This document shows, piece by piece, positions 37,484-46,499 of a stretch of 46,499 nucleotides of DNA. The stretch is from contig CANQEN010000003.1 of assembly GCA_947595045.1 (NCBI GenBank), positions 1 through 46,499 on the forward strand, written 5' to 3'. This DNA comes from an uncultured Bacilli bacterium. GTDB lineage: Bacteria > Bacillota_I > Bacilli_A > RF39 > UBA660. The notes below the pieces were generated by a model. The model searched no databases, had not been told where the DNA came from, and worked only from the letters and a program-made list of their open reading frames with translations. Both the position numbers and the translations under genes were made by a program. Position 1 is the first letter of the stretch. The number at the start of each line of letters is the position of its first letter.

Positions 37484-40400
37484 GTGGCTTATATAGTTAA
37501 AAAATTCGGTGATTATCGAGAGAGAAGAAGTTATGAAAAGACTAAAAATGCAATTGAATTATCTAATCTATTAGAAATTCAAAAAAAGTCATATGATCAA
37601 TTTATGACAGTGGGAATTAAAGAGGTTTTTGATGATATTTTTCCAGTAGAAAGTTTTACTGGAAATTTAACATTAGAGTTTTCTGATTATTCTTTTGATC
37701 AACCTAGATATTCAATTAAAGGATGTAAAGATCGTTATGCAACTTATGCTGCTCCTTTAAGAGTACAAGCTCGTCTTTTTAATCAAGAAACAGGTGAAGT
37801 TAAAGAACAGGAAATTTATTTAGGTGATATGCCTATTATGACAGATAGTGGAACATTTATTATTAATGGTGCTGAGCGAGTTATTGTATCACAATTAGTA
37901 CGTTCACCTAGTGCTTATTTTGGTAGTGAAGTGGACAAGAAGAATGGGAAACATATTATTACTTCACAAGTTATTCCAACGCGTGGTACTTGGCTAGAAT
38001 ATGAAACAGATGCTAGAGATATTATTTATGTACGTATTGATAGGACAAGGAAAGTTCCTATTACAACATTGCTTAGAGCATTAGGTTTATCTAGTGATGC
38101 TGATATTATTGATCTTTTTGGTGAAGATGATTATATTATGCGTACTATTGAAAAAGATACTAATAAGAATACTGATGAATCATTAATTGATATTCATTCT
38201 AAATTGCGGCCAGGAGAACCATCTACTTTAGATAGTGCTAAGAATCAATTGATATCACGTTTCTTTGATTCATTCCGTTATGACTTAGCGAAAGTAGGAC
38301 GCTATAAATTTAATCGTAAATTAAATGTAATTGATCGCCTTTTAGGATGTAAATTGGCTGAAACTATTACTTATAATGGCGAAGTAATAGCTGAATCTGG
38401 TGATACAGTAACTAAAGATTTATTAGAAAAATTAAAGCCTGTATTTGCAGATGGTTATGGAGTTAGGGAAGCCTTAATTAACGAAGATTTAGATCATTAT
38501 GGACGAATACAAACAGTTAAAGTTTATTCTAAGAAAAATCCTGATAAAATTGTAACTATTATTGGAAACGATCAAGAAATTGATTTGAAAAGACTTACTA
38601 TTTCTGATATTTATGCAACAGTATCTTATTATTTGAATTTACATGAAGGAATTGGTCAGTTTGATGAAATTGACCATTTATCTAATCGTCGTGTACGTCA
38701 AGTAGGTGAGTTATTACAAAATCAATTTAGAGTTGGTATGAGCAGAATAGAACGTGTTATTAGGGATAGAATGTCAACACAAGATATAACAGAGGTAACT
38801 CCTAAAACATTAATTAATATTAGACCACTTACAGCAGCAATTAAAGAGTTTTTTGGTAGTAGTCAATTATCTCAATTTATGGATCAAACTAATCCAGTAG
38901 CAGAACTTGCTAATAAGCGACGCTTATCTAGTTTAGGACCAGGTGGTTTATCTAGAGATAGAGCTGGTATGGAAGTACGTGATGTTAATCCATCACATTA
39001 TGGTCGTCTTTGTCCAATTGAATCTCCAGAAGGTCCTAATATTGGACTTATTACAGCTTTAGCTAGTTATGCTAGAGTAAATGATTATGGTTTTATTATG
39101 ACACCATATCGTAAAGTTGAAAATGGTCACTTAACTGATGAAATTAAATATATGACAGCTGATGAAGAGTTAGATTATCATATTTCGCAAGCAACAGTTG
39201 CCCTAACTGCTGATGATTGTTTTGCAGATGAGAGAGTGCCAGTCAGATATCGTGGAGAAAATATTATTATTGATTCTAAAGATGTTGATTATATTGATGT
39301 TTCTAGTCAACAAGTTGTATCTATTACAACAGCTGGTATTCCTTTTTTGGAGCATGATGATGGAAAAAGGGCTTTGATGGGAGCTAATATGCAACGTCAA
39401 GCTATTCCTTTATTAAAGGCAGAAGCACCAATAGTAGGAACTGGTATTGAAGCTATTTCAGCTCGCGATTCAGGGGCTGTAGTTATCGCTACTGGTACTG
39501 GTGTTGTTGACTATGTTGATTCAAAAAAGATATTAATAAAAACAAAAGCAGGTACTGATACTTATTATTTAAATGGTTTTGATCGAAGTAATGCTGGAAC
39601 ATGTTATCATCAAGTACCAATTGTAAGAGCAGGAGATAAAGTTACTAAAGGTCAAATTATTGCTGATGGTCCAAGTACTGATATGGGAGAGATGGCTTTA
39701 GGTAAGAATGTAAGAGTAGCATTCATGAATTTTAATGGATATAATTATGAAGATGCTGTTATTTTAAATGAAAGATTAGTCCGTGATGATGTTTATACAT
39801 CTATCCATATTCAAGATTATCAAATTGAATGCCGTGATACTAAATTAGGACCAGAAGAATTTACTCGTGATATACCAAATGTTAGTGAAGAATCACGTAA
39901 AAATTTGGATGAAAATGGTATTATAGCTATTGGAACCGAAGTAAAAGATGATGATATATTAGTTGGTAAAGTTACACCTAAAGGTATGGCTGAGTTAACT
40001 AGTGAAGAAAAATTATTACATGCTATTTTTGGTGAGAAAACACGTGAAGTACGTGATACATCTCTTCGTGTACCACATGGTGGTGGAGGTATTGTTCACG
40101 ATATTAAAATATTTACTAAAGAAGATACTGATGAGCTACCAGCTGGTGTTTCAAAAATTATTCGTGTTTATATAGCTCAAAAACGTAAAATTACTGTTGG
40201 AGATAAAATGGCTGGTCGTCATGGTAATAAGGGTGTTATTTCACTTGTTTTACCTAGTGAGGATATGCCTTATACAGCTGATGGAGAACCAATTGATATT
40301 TTACTTAATCCTCTAGGAGTACCAAGTCGTATGAATATTGGACAAATATTAGAGATGCATTTAGGTATTGCAGCTAAAGAATTAGGTATTCATGTGGCTA

Positions 40401-41146
40401 CGCCAGTGTTCTCTGGTGCTAATCGTGAGGAAATTATTGACGCACTAAAAGAAGCTGGTTTAGATGAAGATGGTAAAACAGTTCTTTATGATGGTCGTAC
40501 AGGTGAACCATTTGATAATCGTATTAGTGTTGGTGTTATGTATATGATTAAACTACATCATATGGTTGATGATAAATTACATGCTAGATCAACAGGACCA
40601 TATAGTTTAGTAACACAACAACCATTAGGTGGTAAAGCACAATTTGGTGGTCAACGTTTTGGAGAAATGGAAGTTTGGGCTCTTTATGCATATGGAGCTG
40701 CCCATGTATTACAAGAAATGATGACTATTAAATCAGATGATGTTGTAGGTCGTGTTAAAGTATATGAGGCTTTAGTTAAAGGTACACCAATTCCAAAGTC
40801 TGGTATTCCAGAATCATTCAGAGTATTAATTAAAGAATTTCAAGCATTAGGACTTAGTATTAAAGTACTTAATGAACAAGGTAATTTTGTTGAGTTAAAA
40901 GAGCTAGAGGAAAGCGAAAAAGATGAATCTGGTTTTGATAATCATGATAAACAGGTAGATGTTAAAATGGTTAATGATAACAATAGTGATGATGAAATGT
41001 TTGAAAAGTATGAGGATAACATGGAAGATGACATTAATGATGAAACTATATATGAAGCTGATAATAGTGGTGAATTTAATGATGTTGAAGAATATGAAGA
41101 TATGCCAGATGAAGCTTTAATAGAATTAGAAGGAGATGAGCAATAA
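37484..41146 (+). CDS. rpoB: DNA-directed RNA polymerase subunit beta
   Basis: [46 protein letters not shown]. Confidence 0.99.
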   Translation: MAYIVKKFGDYRERRSYEKTKNAIELSNLLEIQKKSYDQFMTVGIKEVFDDIFPVESFTGNLTLEFSDYSFDQPRYSIKGCKDRYATYAAPLRVQARLFNQETGEVKEQEIYLGDMPIMTDSGTFIINGAERVIVSQLVRSPSAYFGSEVDKKNGKHIITSQVIPTRGTWLEYETDARDIIYVRIDRTRKVPITTLLRALGLSSDADIIDLFGEDDYIMRTIEKDTNKNTDESLIDIHSKLRPGEPSTLDSAKNQLISRFFDSFRYDLAKVGRYKFNRKLNVIDRLLGCKLAETITYNGEVIAESGDTVTKDLLEKLKPVFADGYGVREALINEDLDHYGRIQTVKVYSKKNPDKIVTIIGNDQEIDLKRLTISDIYATVSYYLNLHEGIGQFDEIDHLSNRRVRQVGELLQNQFRVGMSRIERVIRDRMSTQDITEVTPKTLINIRPLTAAIKEFFGSSQLSQFMDQTNPVAELANKRRLSSLGPGGLSRDRAGMEVRDVNPSHYGRLCPIESPEGPNIGLITALASYARVNDYGFIMTPYRKVENGHLTDEIKYMTADEELDYHISQATVALTADDCFADERVPVRYRGENIIIDSKDVDYIDVSSQQVVSITTAGIPFLEHDDGKRALMGANMQRQAIPLLKAEAPIVGTGIEAISARDSGAVVIATGTGVVDYVDSKKILIKTKAGTDTYYLNGFDRSNAGTCYHQVPIVRAGDKVTKGQIIADGPSTDMGEMALGKNVRVAFMNFNGYNYEDAVILNERLVRDDVYTSIHIQDYQIECRDTKLGPEEFTRDIPNVSEESRKNLDENGIIAIGTEVKDDDILVGKVTPKGMAELTSEEKLLHAIFGEKTREVRDTSLRVPHGGGGIVHDIKIFTKEDTDELPAGVSKIIRVYIAQKRKITVGDKMAGRHGNKGVISLVLPSEDMPYTADGEPIDILLNPLGVPSRMNIGQILEMHLGIAAKELGIHVATPVFSGANREEIIDALKEAGLDEDGKTVLYDGRTGEPFDNRISVGVMYMIKLHHMVDDKLHARSTGPYSLVTQQPLGGKAQFGGQRFGEMEVWALYAYGAAHVLQEMMTIKSDDVVGRVKVYEALVKGTPIPKSGIPESFRVLIKEFQALGLSIKVLNEQGNFVELKELEESEKDESGFDNHDKQVDVKMVNDNNSDDEMFEKYEDNMEDDINDETIYEADNSGEFNDVEEYEDMPDEALIELEGDEQ

Positions 41147-44100
41147 TGGATGTAAATAATTTTGAAGGATTAAAAATTAGTATTGCCTCTCCTGAGGAAA
41201 TTCGTAGTTGGTCTTATGGAGAAGTTAAAAAAGCTGAGACTATTAATTATCGTACTTTAAAACCAGAACGTGATGGACTATTTTGTGAAAAAATATTTGG
41301 ACCTACCAAGGATTTTGAATGTTCATGTGGTAAATATAAAAGAGTAAGATATAAAGGTATTATCTGTGACCGATGTGGAGTTGAGGTAACAAGGGCTAAA
41401 GTTCGTCGTGAACGAATGGGACATATTGAATTGGCTACTCCTGTATCTCATATTTGGTTCTTTAAGGGTGTACCATCAAGAATGGGTCTTGTATTAGATA
41501 TGAGTCCAAGAGATTTAGAAGAAGTTCTATACTTTGTATCATATGTAGTATTAGATCCAGGACCAGCACCTTTAGAGAAAAAGCAAACTATTAGTGATAA
41601 AGAATATCGTGCTTATTATGAAAAATATGGTAATACTTTTAGAGTTGGTATGGGTGCTGAAGCTATTAAAGAATTATTAACTGAAGTGGATTTACCAAAA
41701 GAAGTAGATAGTATAAAAGAAGAGATAAATCAAATTAAAGATTCATCTAGTCAAAAAAGAATTCGTTTGATTAAAAGATTAGATATTCTAAATGCTTTTT
41801 TAGAATCTGGTAATCGTCCAGAATGGATGATTATTGATGCACTACCAGTTATTCCACCAGAACTTAGACCTATGATTCAATTAGATGGTGGTCGTTTTGC
41901 CACTAGTGATTTAAATGATTTATATAGAAGGGTTATCAATCGTAATAATCGTTTAAAGAAATTGATGGATTTAGGAGCACCTAGTATCATTATTCAAAAT
42001 GAAAAACGTATGTTACAAGAAGCAGTTGATGCTTTATTTGATAATGGTCGACGTGGACGTAATATTACGGGTGCTGGTAACAGACCATTAAAATCATTAT
42101 CAAGTATGTTAAAGGGAAAGCAAGGTCGTTTCCGTCAAAATTTACTTGGTAAGCGTGTAGATTATTCAGGTCGTTCAGTTATCGTCGTTGGACCTACTTT
42201 AAAAATGTATCAATGTGGTATTCCTAAAGAAATGGCTTTAGAGTTATTTAAACCACATGTTATAAATGGTTTAGTAACTAAAGAGATTGCTAGCAATATT
42301 AAAGTAGCTAAAAGAATGATAGAAAATCAAGATGAACGTGTATGGGATGTAGTTGAAGAAAAAATAAAAGAGCATCCAGTAATGTTAAATCGTGCCCCAA
42401 CACTTCACCGTTTAGGTATTCAAGCTTTTGAACCTAAATTAATTGATGGTCGTAGTATTAGATTGCATCCTCTTGTATGTGCTGCTTTCAATGCTGATTT
42501 TGATGGTGACCAGATGGCTGTTCATGTACCAATAACAGAAGAAGCACAAGCTGAAGCTCGTATTCTTATGTTAGGTGCTAATAACATTCTATCACCTAAA
42601 GATGGAAAACCAATTGTTACTCCATCACAAGATATGGTTTTAGGAAACTACTACATAACTATTGAAAAAGCTGGGCTTCCAGGAGAAGGACGTGTCTTTA
42701 AGGATTCCAATGAAGCAGTTATGGCTTATGAACGTAGAGAGATTACACTTCATACTAGAATAGCTATTCCAGTAAAATCATTTACTCATAAAATATTTCC
42801 AGATACCGTTATGGATAAGTATTTAGTTACAACACCAGGAAAAATTTTATTTAATGAGATATTCCCAGATACTTTTCAATATATTAATGAGGGATCTGAT
42901 GAAAATGTAGAGAAAATTACACCAAGTAAATTTTATATTAATCGTGGGGAGAATATACCAGAGAAGATTAAAGAGATGCCATTAGTAGAGGCTTTTAATA
43001 AAAAAATATTAGGAAATTTAATTGCCCAAATATATAAACGTTATCAGACAACTGAAACATCAGTTATGTTGGATAAATTAAAAGATTTAGGTTTTAAGTA
43101 TTCAACTTTGTCAGGTATTAGTATTGCTATTAGTGATATTAAGGAATCAGTTAAAAAGCCAGAAATTATTGCTGAGAGTCAATCATTAGTAGATCAAGTA
43201 AATAAGCAATTTAAACGTGGTTTAATTACTGAAGATGAACGATATAGTCGTGTTATTGAAATTTGGACCAATGCTAAAAAACAAGTTCAAGAAGAATTAG
43301 AGGAAATGGTTAAGGCAGATAAAGATAATCCAATATCTATTATGATGGCTTCTAAAGCACGTGGAGATATTAACTCTCATACGCAATTAGTAGGTATGCG
43401 TGGATTGTTTAGTAAACCTAATGGGCAATCAGAAGAAATACCTGTTAAATCATCATTTAGTGAGGGGGTTACAATTTCAGAATTCTTCTTATCAACACAT
43501 GGTGCTCGTAAAGGTGCAGTAGATACAGCCTTAAAAACAGCTGATGCTGGTTATTTAACTAGACGTTTAGTCGATGTAACACAAGATGTTATTGTTAAAT
43601 CAGATGACTGTGGTACAGAAAATGGGGTAGTAGTAGAAGCCTTCATTAACGAGAAAGATGGTACAATAATTGAGACTTTATATGATAGAATTGTAGGACG
43701 ATTTACTAGTAAAAAAGTAATTCATCCTGAAACTAAAGAAACAATATGTGAGCGAAACACTTATATAACAGAACAATTAGCTGATAAAATTATTAAAGCT
43801 GGTATTACTAAAGTACCAATTAGAACAGTTTTAACATGTCGTGAAGATCATGGTGTTTGTTGTAAATGTTATGGTCGTAACTTAGCAACTGGTACTATTG
43901 TTGAAGAGGGAGAGACAGTAGGTATTTTAGCAGCTCAATCAATTGGTGAACCAGGTACACAATTGACCATGAGAACATTCAATACAGGTGGGGTAGCTGG
44001 CGATGATATTACTCAAGGTTTGCCTCGTGTTCAGGAATTATTTGAATCACGTAACCCTAAAGGAAAAGCTACTATTTCTGAAATTAATGGTGTAGTTAGC

Positions 44101-44781
44101 GAAATTGAAGAAGGTAATGGTAATTTTATAGTTCATGTTAAAAATGATGTTGAGACTAAGAAATATACAACTAATTACGGATCTAAATTACGAGTTGAAG
44201 TAGGAGATGAAATTACGGCTGGAGATCAAATTACCTTTGGAGCTATTAATCCAAAAGAATTATTAGCTGTAACTGACCCTATAACTACTCAACAATATAT
44301 TTTACTAGAAATTCAAAAAGTATATCGTTCGCAAGGTGTTGATATTAGTGATAAGCATGTTGAAATAATTGCTAAGCGTATGATATCTAAAATTAGAATT
44401 ATAAATTCAGGTGATTCTTATTTCTTACCAGGAGTAATGGTTAATTATAATGAATTTACATCATTAAATCAACAATTAATTCTAGATGGTAAAATGCCAG
44501 CTAAAGGGGTTCCAGTATTACTTGGAATTACTAAAGCATCACTTGAAACAGATTCATTCTTATCAGCAGCATCATTCCAAGAGACAACTCGTATTTTAAC
44601 TGATGCAGCTATTCATGGTAAAGTTGATAAATTACAAGGATTGAAAGAAAATGTTATTATTGGTAAATTAATTCCAGCTGGAACTGGTGCTAAAAAATAT
44701 CGTAAAACTGATTATCAATTAGCACTTGATAATTTAAAAGAAGAACCATTAGAAGCATTAGAACAAGTATATGTTGATTAA
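41146..44781 (+). CDS. rpoC: DNA-directed RNA polymerase subunit beta'
   Basis: Zinc finger, NADFDGDQM catalytic motif, [12 protein letters not shown] trigger loop. Confidence 0.99.
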   Translation: MDVNNFEGLKISIASPEEIRSWSYGEVKKAETINYRTLKPERDGLFCEKIFGPTKDFECSCGKYKRVRYKGIICDRCGVEVTRAKVRRERMGHIELATPVSHIWFFKGVPSRMGLVLDMSPRDLEEVLYFVSYVVLDPGPAPLEKKQTISDKEYRAYYEKYGNTFRVGMGAEAIKELLTEVDLPKEVDSIKEEINQIKDSSSQKRIRLIKRLDILNAFLESGNRPEWMIIDALPVIPPELRPMIQLDGGRFATSDLNDLYRRVINRNNRLKKLMDLGAPSIIIQNEKRMLQEAVDALFDNGRRGRNITGAGNRPLKSLSSMLKGKQGRFRQNLLGKRVDYSGRSVIVVGPTLKMYQCGIPKEMALELFKPHVINGLVTKEIASNIKVAKRMIENQDERVWDVVEEKIKEHPVMLNRAPTLHRLGIQAFEPKLIDGRSIRLHPLVCAAFNADFDGDQMAVHVPITEEAQAEARILMLGANNILSPKDGKPIVTPSQDMVLGNYYITIEKAGLPGEGRVFKDSNEAVMAYERREITLHTRIAIPVKSFTHKIFPDTVMDKYLVTTPGKILFNEIFPDTFQYINEGSDENVEKITPSKFYINRGENIPEKIKEMPLVEAFNKKILGNLIAQIYKRYQTTETSVMLDKLKDLGFKYSTLSGISIAISDIKESVKKPEIIAESQSLVDQVNKQFKRGLITEDERYSRVIEIWTNAKKQVQEELEEMVKADKDNPISIMMASKARGDINSHTQLVGMRGLFSKPNGQSEEIPVKSSFSEGVTISEFFLSTHGARKGAVDTALKTADAGYLTRRLVDVTQDVIVKSDDCGTENGVVVEAFINEKDGTIIETLYDRIVGRFTSKKVIHPETKETICERNTYITEQLADKIIKAGITKVPIRTVLTCREDHGVCCKCYGRNLATGTIVEEGETVGILAAQSIGEPGTQLTMRTFNTGGVAGDDITQGLPRVQELFESRNPKGKATISEINGVVSEIEEGNGNFIVHVKNDVETKKYTTNYGSKLRVEVGDEITAGDQITFGAINPKELLAVTDPITTQQYILLEIQKVYRSQGVDISDKHVEIIAKRMISKIRIINSGDSYFLPGVMVNYNEFTSLNQQLILDGKMPAKGVPVLLGITKASLETDSFLSAASFQETTRILTDAAIHGKVDKLQGLKENVIIGKLIPAGTGAKKYRKTDYQLALDNLKEEPLEALEQVYVD

Positions 44782-44803
44782 GACTACATTGTAGTCTTTT
44801 TTT
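44780..44803 (+). terminator. Intrinsic terminator after rpoC
   Basis: aagactac-att-gtagtctt followed by T run. Confidence 0.8.
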
Positions 44804-44893
44804 GTCAAATAAAAAAATAATTAGTGTAAAGCATTATTATTTTTTTAATTAATGAGTTAGGTTTTATGCTATATTAAAATTAGGTGATAGATT

Positions 44894-45985
44894 ATGAAAA
44901 AAAGATTCTATTTTTCCCTTTTATTATTAATTATTTTAATACCATGTAATATAAAAGGGATTAAAATAGATAATATTGAGATTACAGGCGATTCAATAAA
45001 AAAAGTTGGAGAGGAAGTAAAATTAACTTTTAAAATAAATTTTACTGATATGATAACTGATAATAACCATACAGAAGGGATATGGTTTATTGGATTTAGA
45101 TTAGATTATGATGAAGATGTTCTTGTAGCAAGTAATATAACTTCTCCTCACTTTAATTCTATAATAAGTAATGAGGATAATGAACATTATGTAGTAAGTG
45201 AGGTAATAGAGGATAGCAATAATAATAATTATTGTAATTATGGTACCTTATATTGTAATAATTATACAGTAACAATTATTTTCTATATAAAAAATAATAA
45301 TGTAAATAATACGATGATTGGAATGGATGAAGTAGAAGTTATCTTATTAGATATGGTAGATGATAATAAAGAATATACTTTAGAAGATGCTACTTATATT
45401 GATAGTTCAATTAGTAAAAAACATAATATTAGTATACAAACAAATACTGATAGTATAGATACGCAGCCTAAAGACATAACAGGTAGTAATATAAAAAAAG
45501 ATACTAAAAAAACTATTAATAACGATAATATAGATAAATCTAATAATTCTTTATTAAAGACATTAAGCGTTACTAATTATAATATTGATTTTAATAAAAC
45601 GGTTAATGATTATACTATATATGTAGATAATGGTATTAATACTCTTGATGTAATAGCTGAAACCGATGATAGTAATGCTATTTATACTATAATAGGAGCT
45701 GATGATTTAAAAGCTAATGATAATAAAGTATTAATAGAAGTTACTGCTCATGATGGAACTAAGAATATTTATACTATAAATGTAAAAAGTAAAGAAGAAA
45801 ATAGTATTTACCTAAAGCGTAAAAATAGGGAAAGAAAAAAGCCAGCAACATCTAAAAAAATAAATAGTAAAACCTTAATATGGATTGGGATAAGTATAAT
45901 TGGAATGATATTAATTACTATTATTATATATTTTATAATTAAAAAGAAAGACAAAAAAATAGATCAATTTTTAGATAACGTTTAG
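44894..45985 (+). CDS. Surface protein: signal peptide, cohesin-like beta domain, cadherin-like beta-sandwich, C-terminal TM anchor
   Basis: KSNNSLLKTLSV....IDF....DY.I.V......L.V.A...D.....I.G...L......I.VTA.DG....Y.I.V pattern; TM plus KKKDKK tail. Confidence 0.72.
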   Translation: MKKRFYFSLLLLIILIPCNIKGIKIDNIEITGDSIKKVGEEVKLTFKINFTDMITDNNHTEGIWFIGFRLDYDEDVLVASNITSPHFNSIISNEDNEHYVVSEVIEDSNNNNYCNYGTLYCNNYTVTIIFYIKNNNVNNTMIGMDEVEVILLDMVDDNKEYTLEDATYIDSSISKKHNISIQTNTDSIDTQPKDITGSNIKKDTKKTINNDNIDKSNNSLLKTLSVTNYNIDFNKTVNDYTIYVDNGINTLDVIAETDDSNAIYTIIGADDLKANDNKVLIEVTAHDGTKNIYTINVKSKEENSIYLKRKNRERKKPATSKKINSKTLIWIGISIIGMILITIIIYFIIKKKDKKIDQFLDNV

Positions 45986-45994
45986 AGGTGAAAT

Positions 45995-46318
45995 ATGAAA
46001 AAATATTTATATGATTATATTAATCAAATAGATCAATTATTAAAAGAGAAAAAAATAGATGTAAAATTAATAGATAAACATTTGTTAAAAATCCAATTTT
46101 TTCAACATGAGCGACTTATTCATTTGTTGGTAACAATAGCTTATGCTTTATTAGCATTAATTAGTTTAGCTGTATCTACTATATCACCAATGTTTGTATT
46201 TGTTGCCTTAATTTTAATTGCTTTTTTGATACCATATGTATTACATTATTTTCATTTAGAAAATGGAGTACAATATTTATATAAACAATATGATATGATG
46301 CTAACTTTAACTAAATAA
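45995..46318 (+). CDS. Conserved hypothetical 2-TM membrane protein
   Basis: FFQHERLIHLLVT...PY..HY..LENGVQ; GAGGTG RBS. Confidence 0.7.
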   Translation: MKKYLYDYINQIDQLLKEKKIDVKLIDKHLLKIQFFQHERLIHLLVTIAYALLALISLAVSTISPMFVFVALILIAFLIPYVLHYFHLENGVQYLYKQYDMMLTLTK

Positions 46319-46499
46319 TGTTAATAATCTAAAATTCATAAAGTAAATGATACAAAAAAAGATTAAAGGCTATTTTTTATAATATTTATTTTATTTCTTT
46401 CCTTATTTTTCAATAGCAAATAGTTATTAATAAAATTACAGTTTACGAAGCAAGTATAATTTAGAAAAAAACTACTTGTTTTTTTTTTTTTTTTTTTTG

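Noticed and set aside
1156-39400. Other short opposite-strand or alternative-frame ORFs in the track (1156, 6001, 8314, 13564, 14137, 15567, 17134, 20671, 21918, 26927, 28471, 34386, 36306, 39203)
   Set aside because: All but 28471 overlap well-supported genes or IS remnants; none has a recognisable motif.
46478-46499. Terminal poly-T run
   Set aside because: Homopolymer at the window end, likely a contig-end or sequencing artefact; cannot be interpreted.

Overview
Very AT-rich, almost all plus-strand chromosomal window from a Bacilli-type Firmicute. The gene order is Bacillus-like and there are sporulation-type genes; an RF39-like reduced lineage is my inference only. Housekeeping blocks are ybeY-dgkA-cdd-era-yqzL-(2x DUF1653)-recO-fmt at 1.8-6.2 kb and secE-nusG-rplKAJL-ybxB-rpoBC at 33.3-44.8 kb. 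The most interesting part is 6.9-15.4 kb. Two divergent murE paralogs (DDLH vs DNPR specificity motif) sandwich a DUF4176 / 949-aa WXG-like, glycine-zipper, papain-fold effector / putative immunity cassette. They are followed by mraY and a WXG100 pair, so this looks like a type VII-secreted polymorphic toxin module interleaved with peptidoglycan genes. The 15.4-33.2 kb accessory region holds decayed IS3, IS30 and IS481-like elements, dacF and a second DD-carboxypeptidase. It also holds a tandem pair of uncharacterised paralogs, an SF2 helicase with five 75-aa HA repeats, and a sigma-factor region-4 remnant. The window opens with a prepilin-like protein whose C-terminus resembles a DGR-type target. 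RpoB carries the H526N (E. coli numbering) substitution. No rRNA, tRNA or CRISPR array was seen. All assignments come from motifs recognised by eye; no searches were run.
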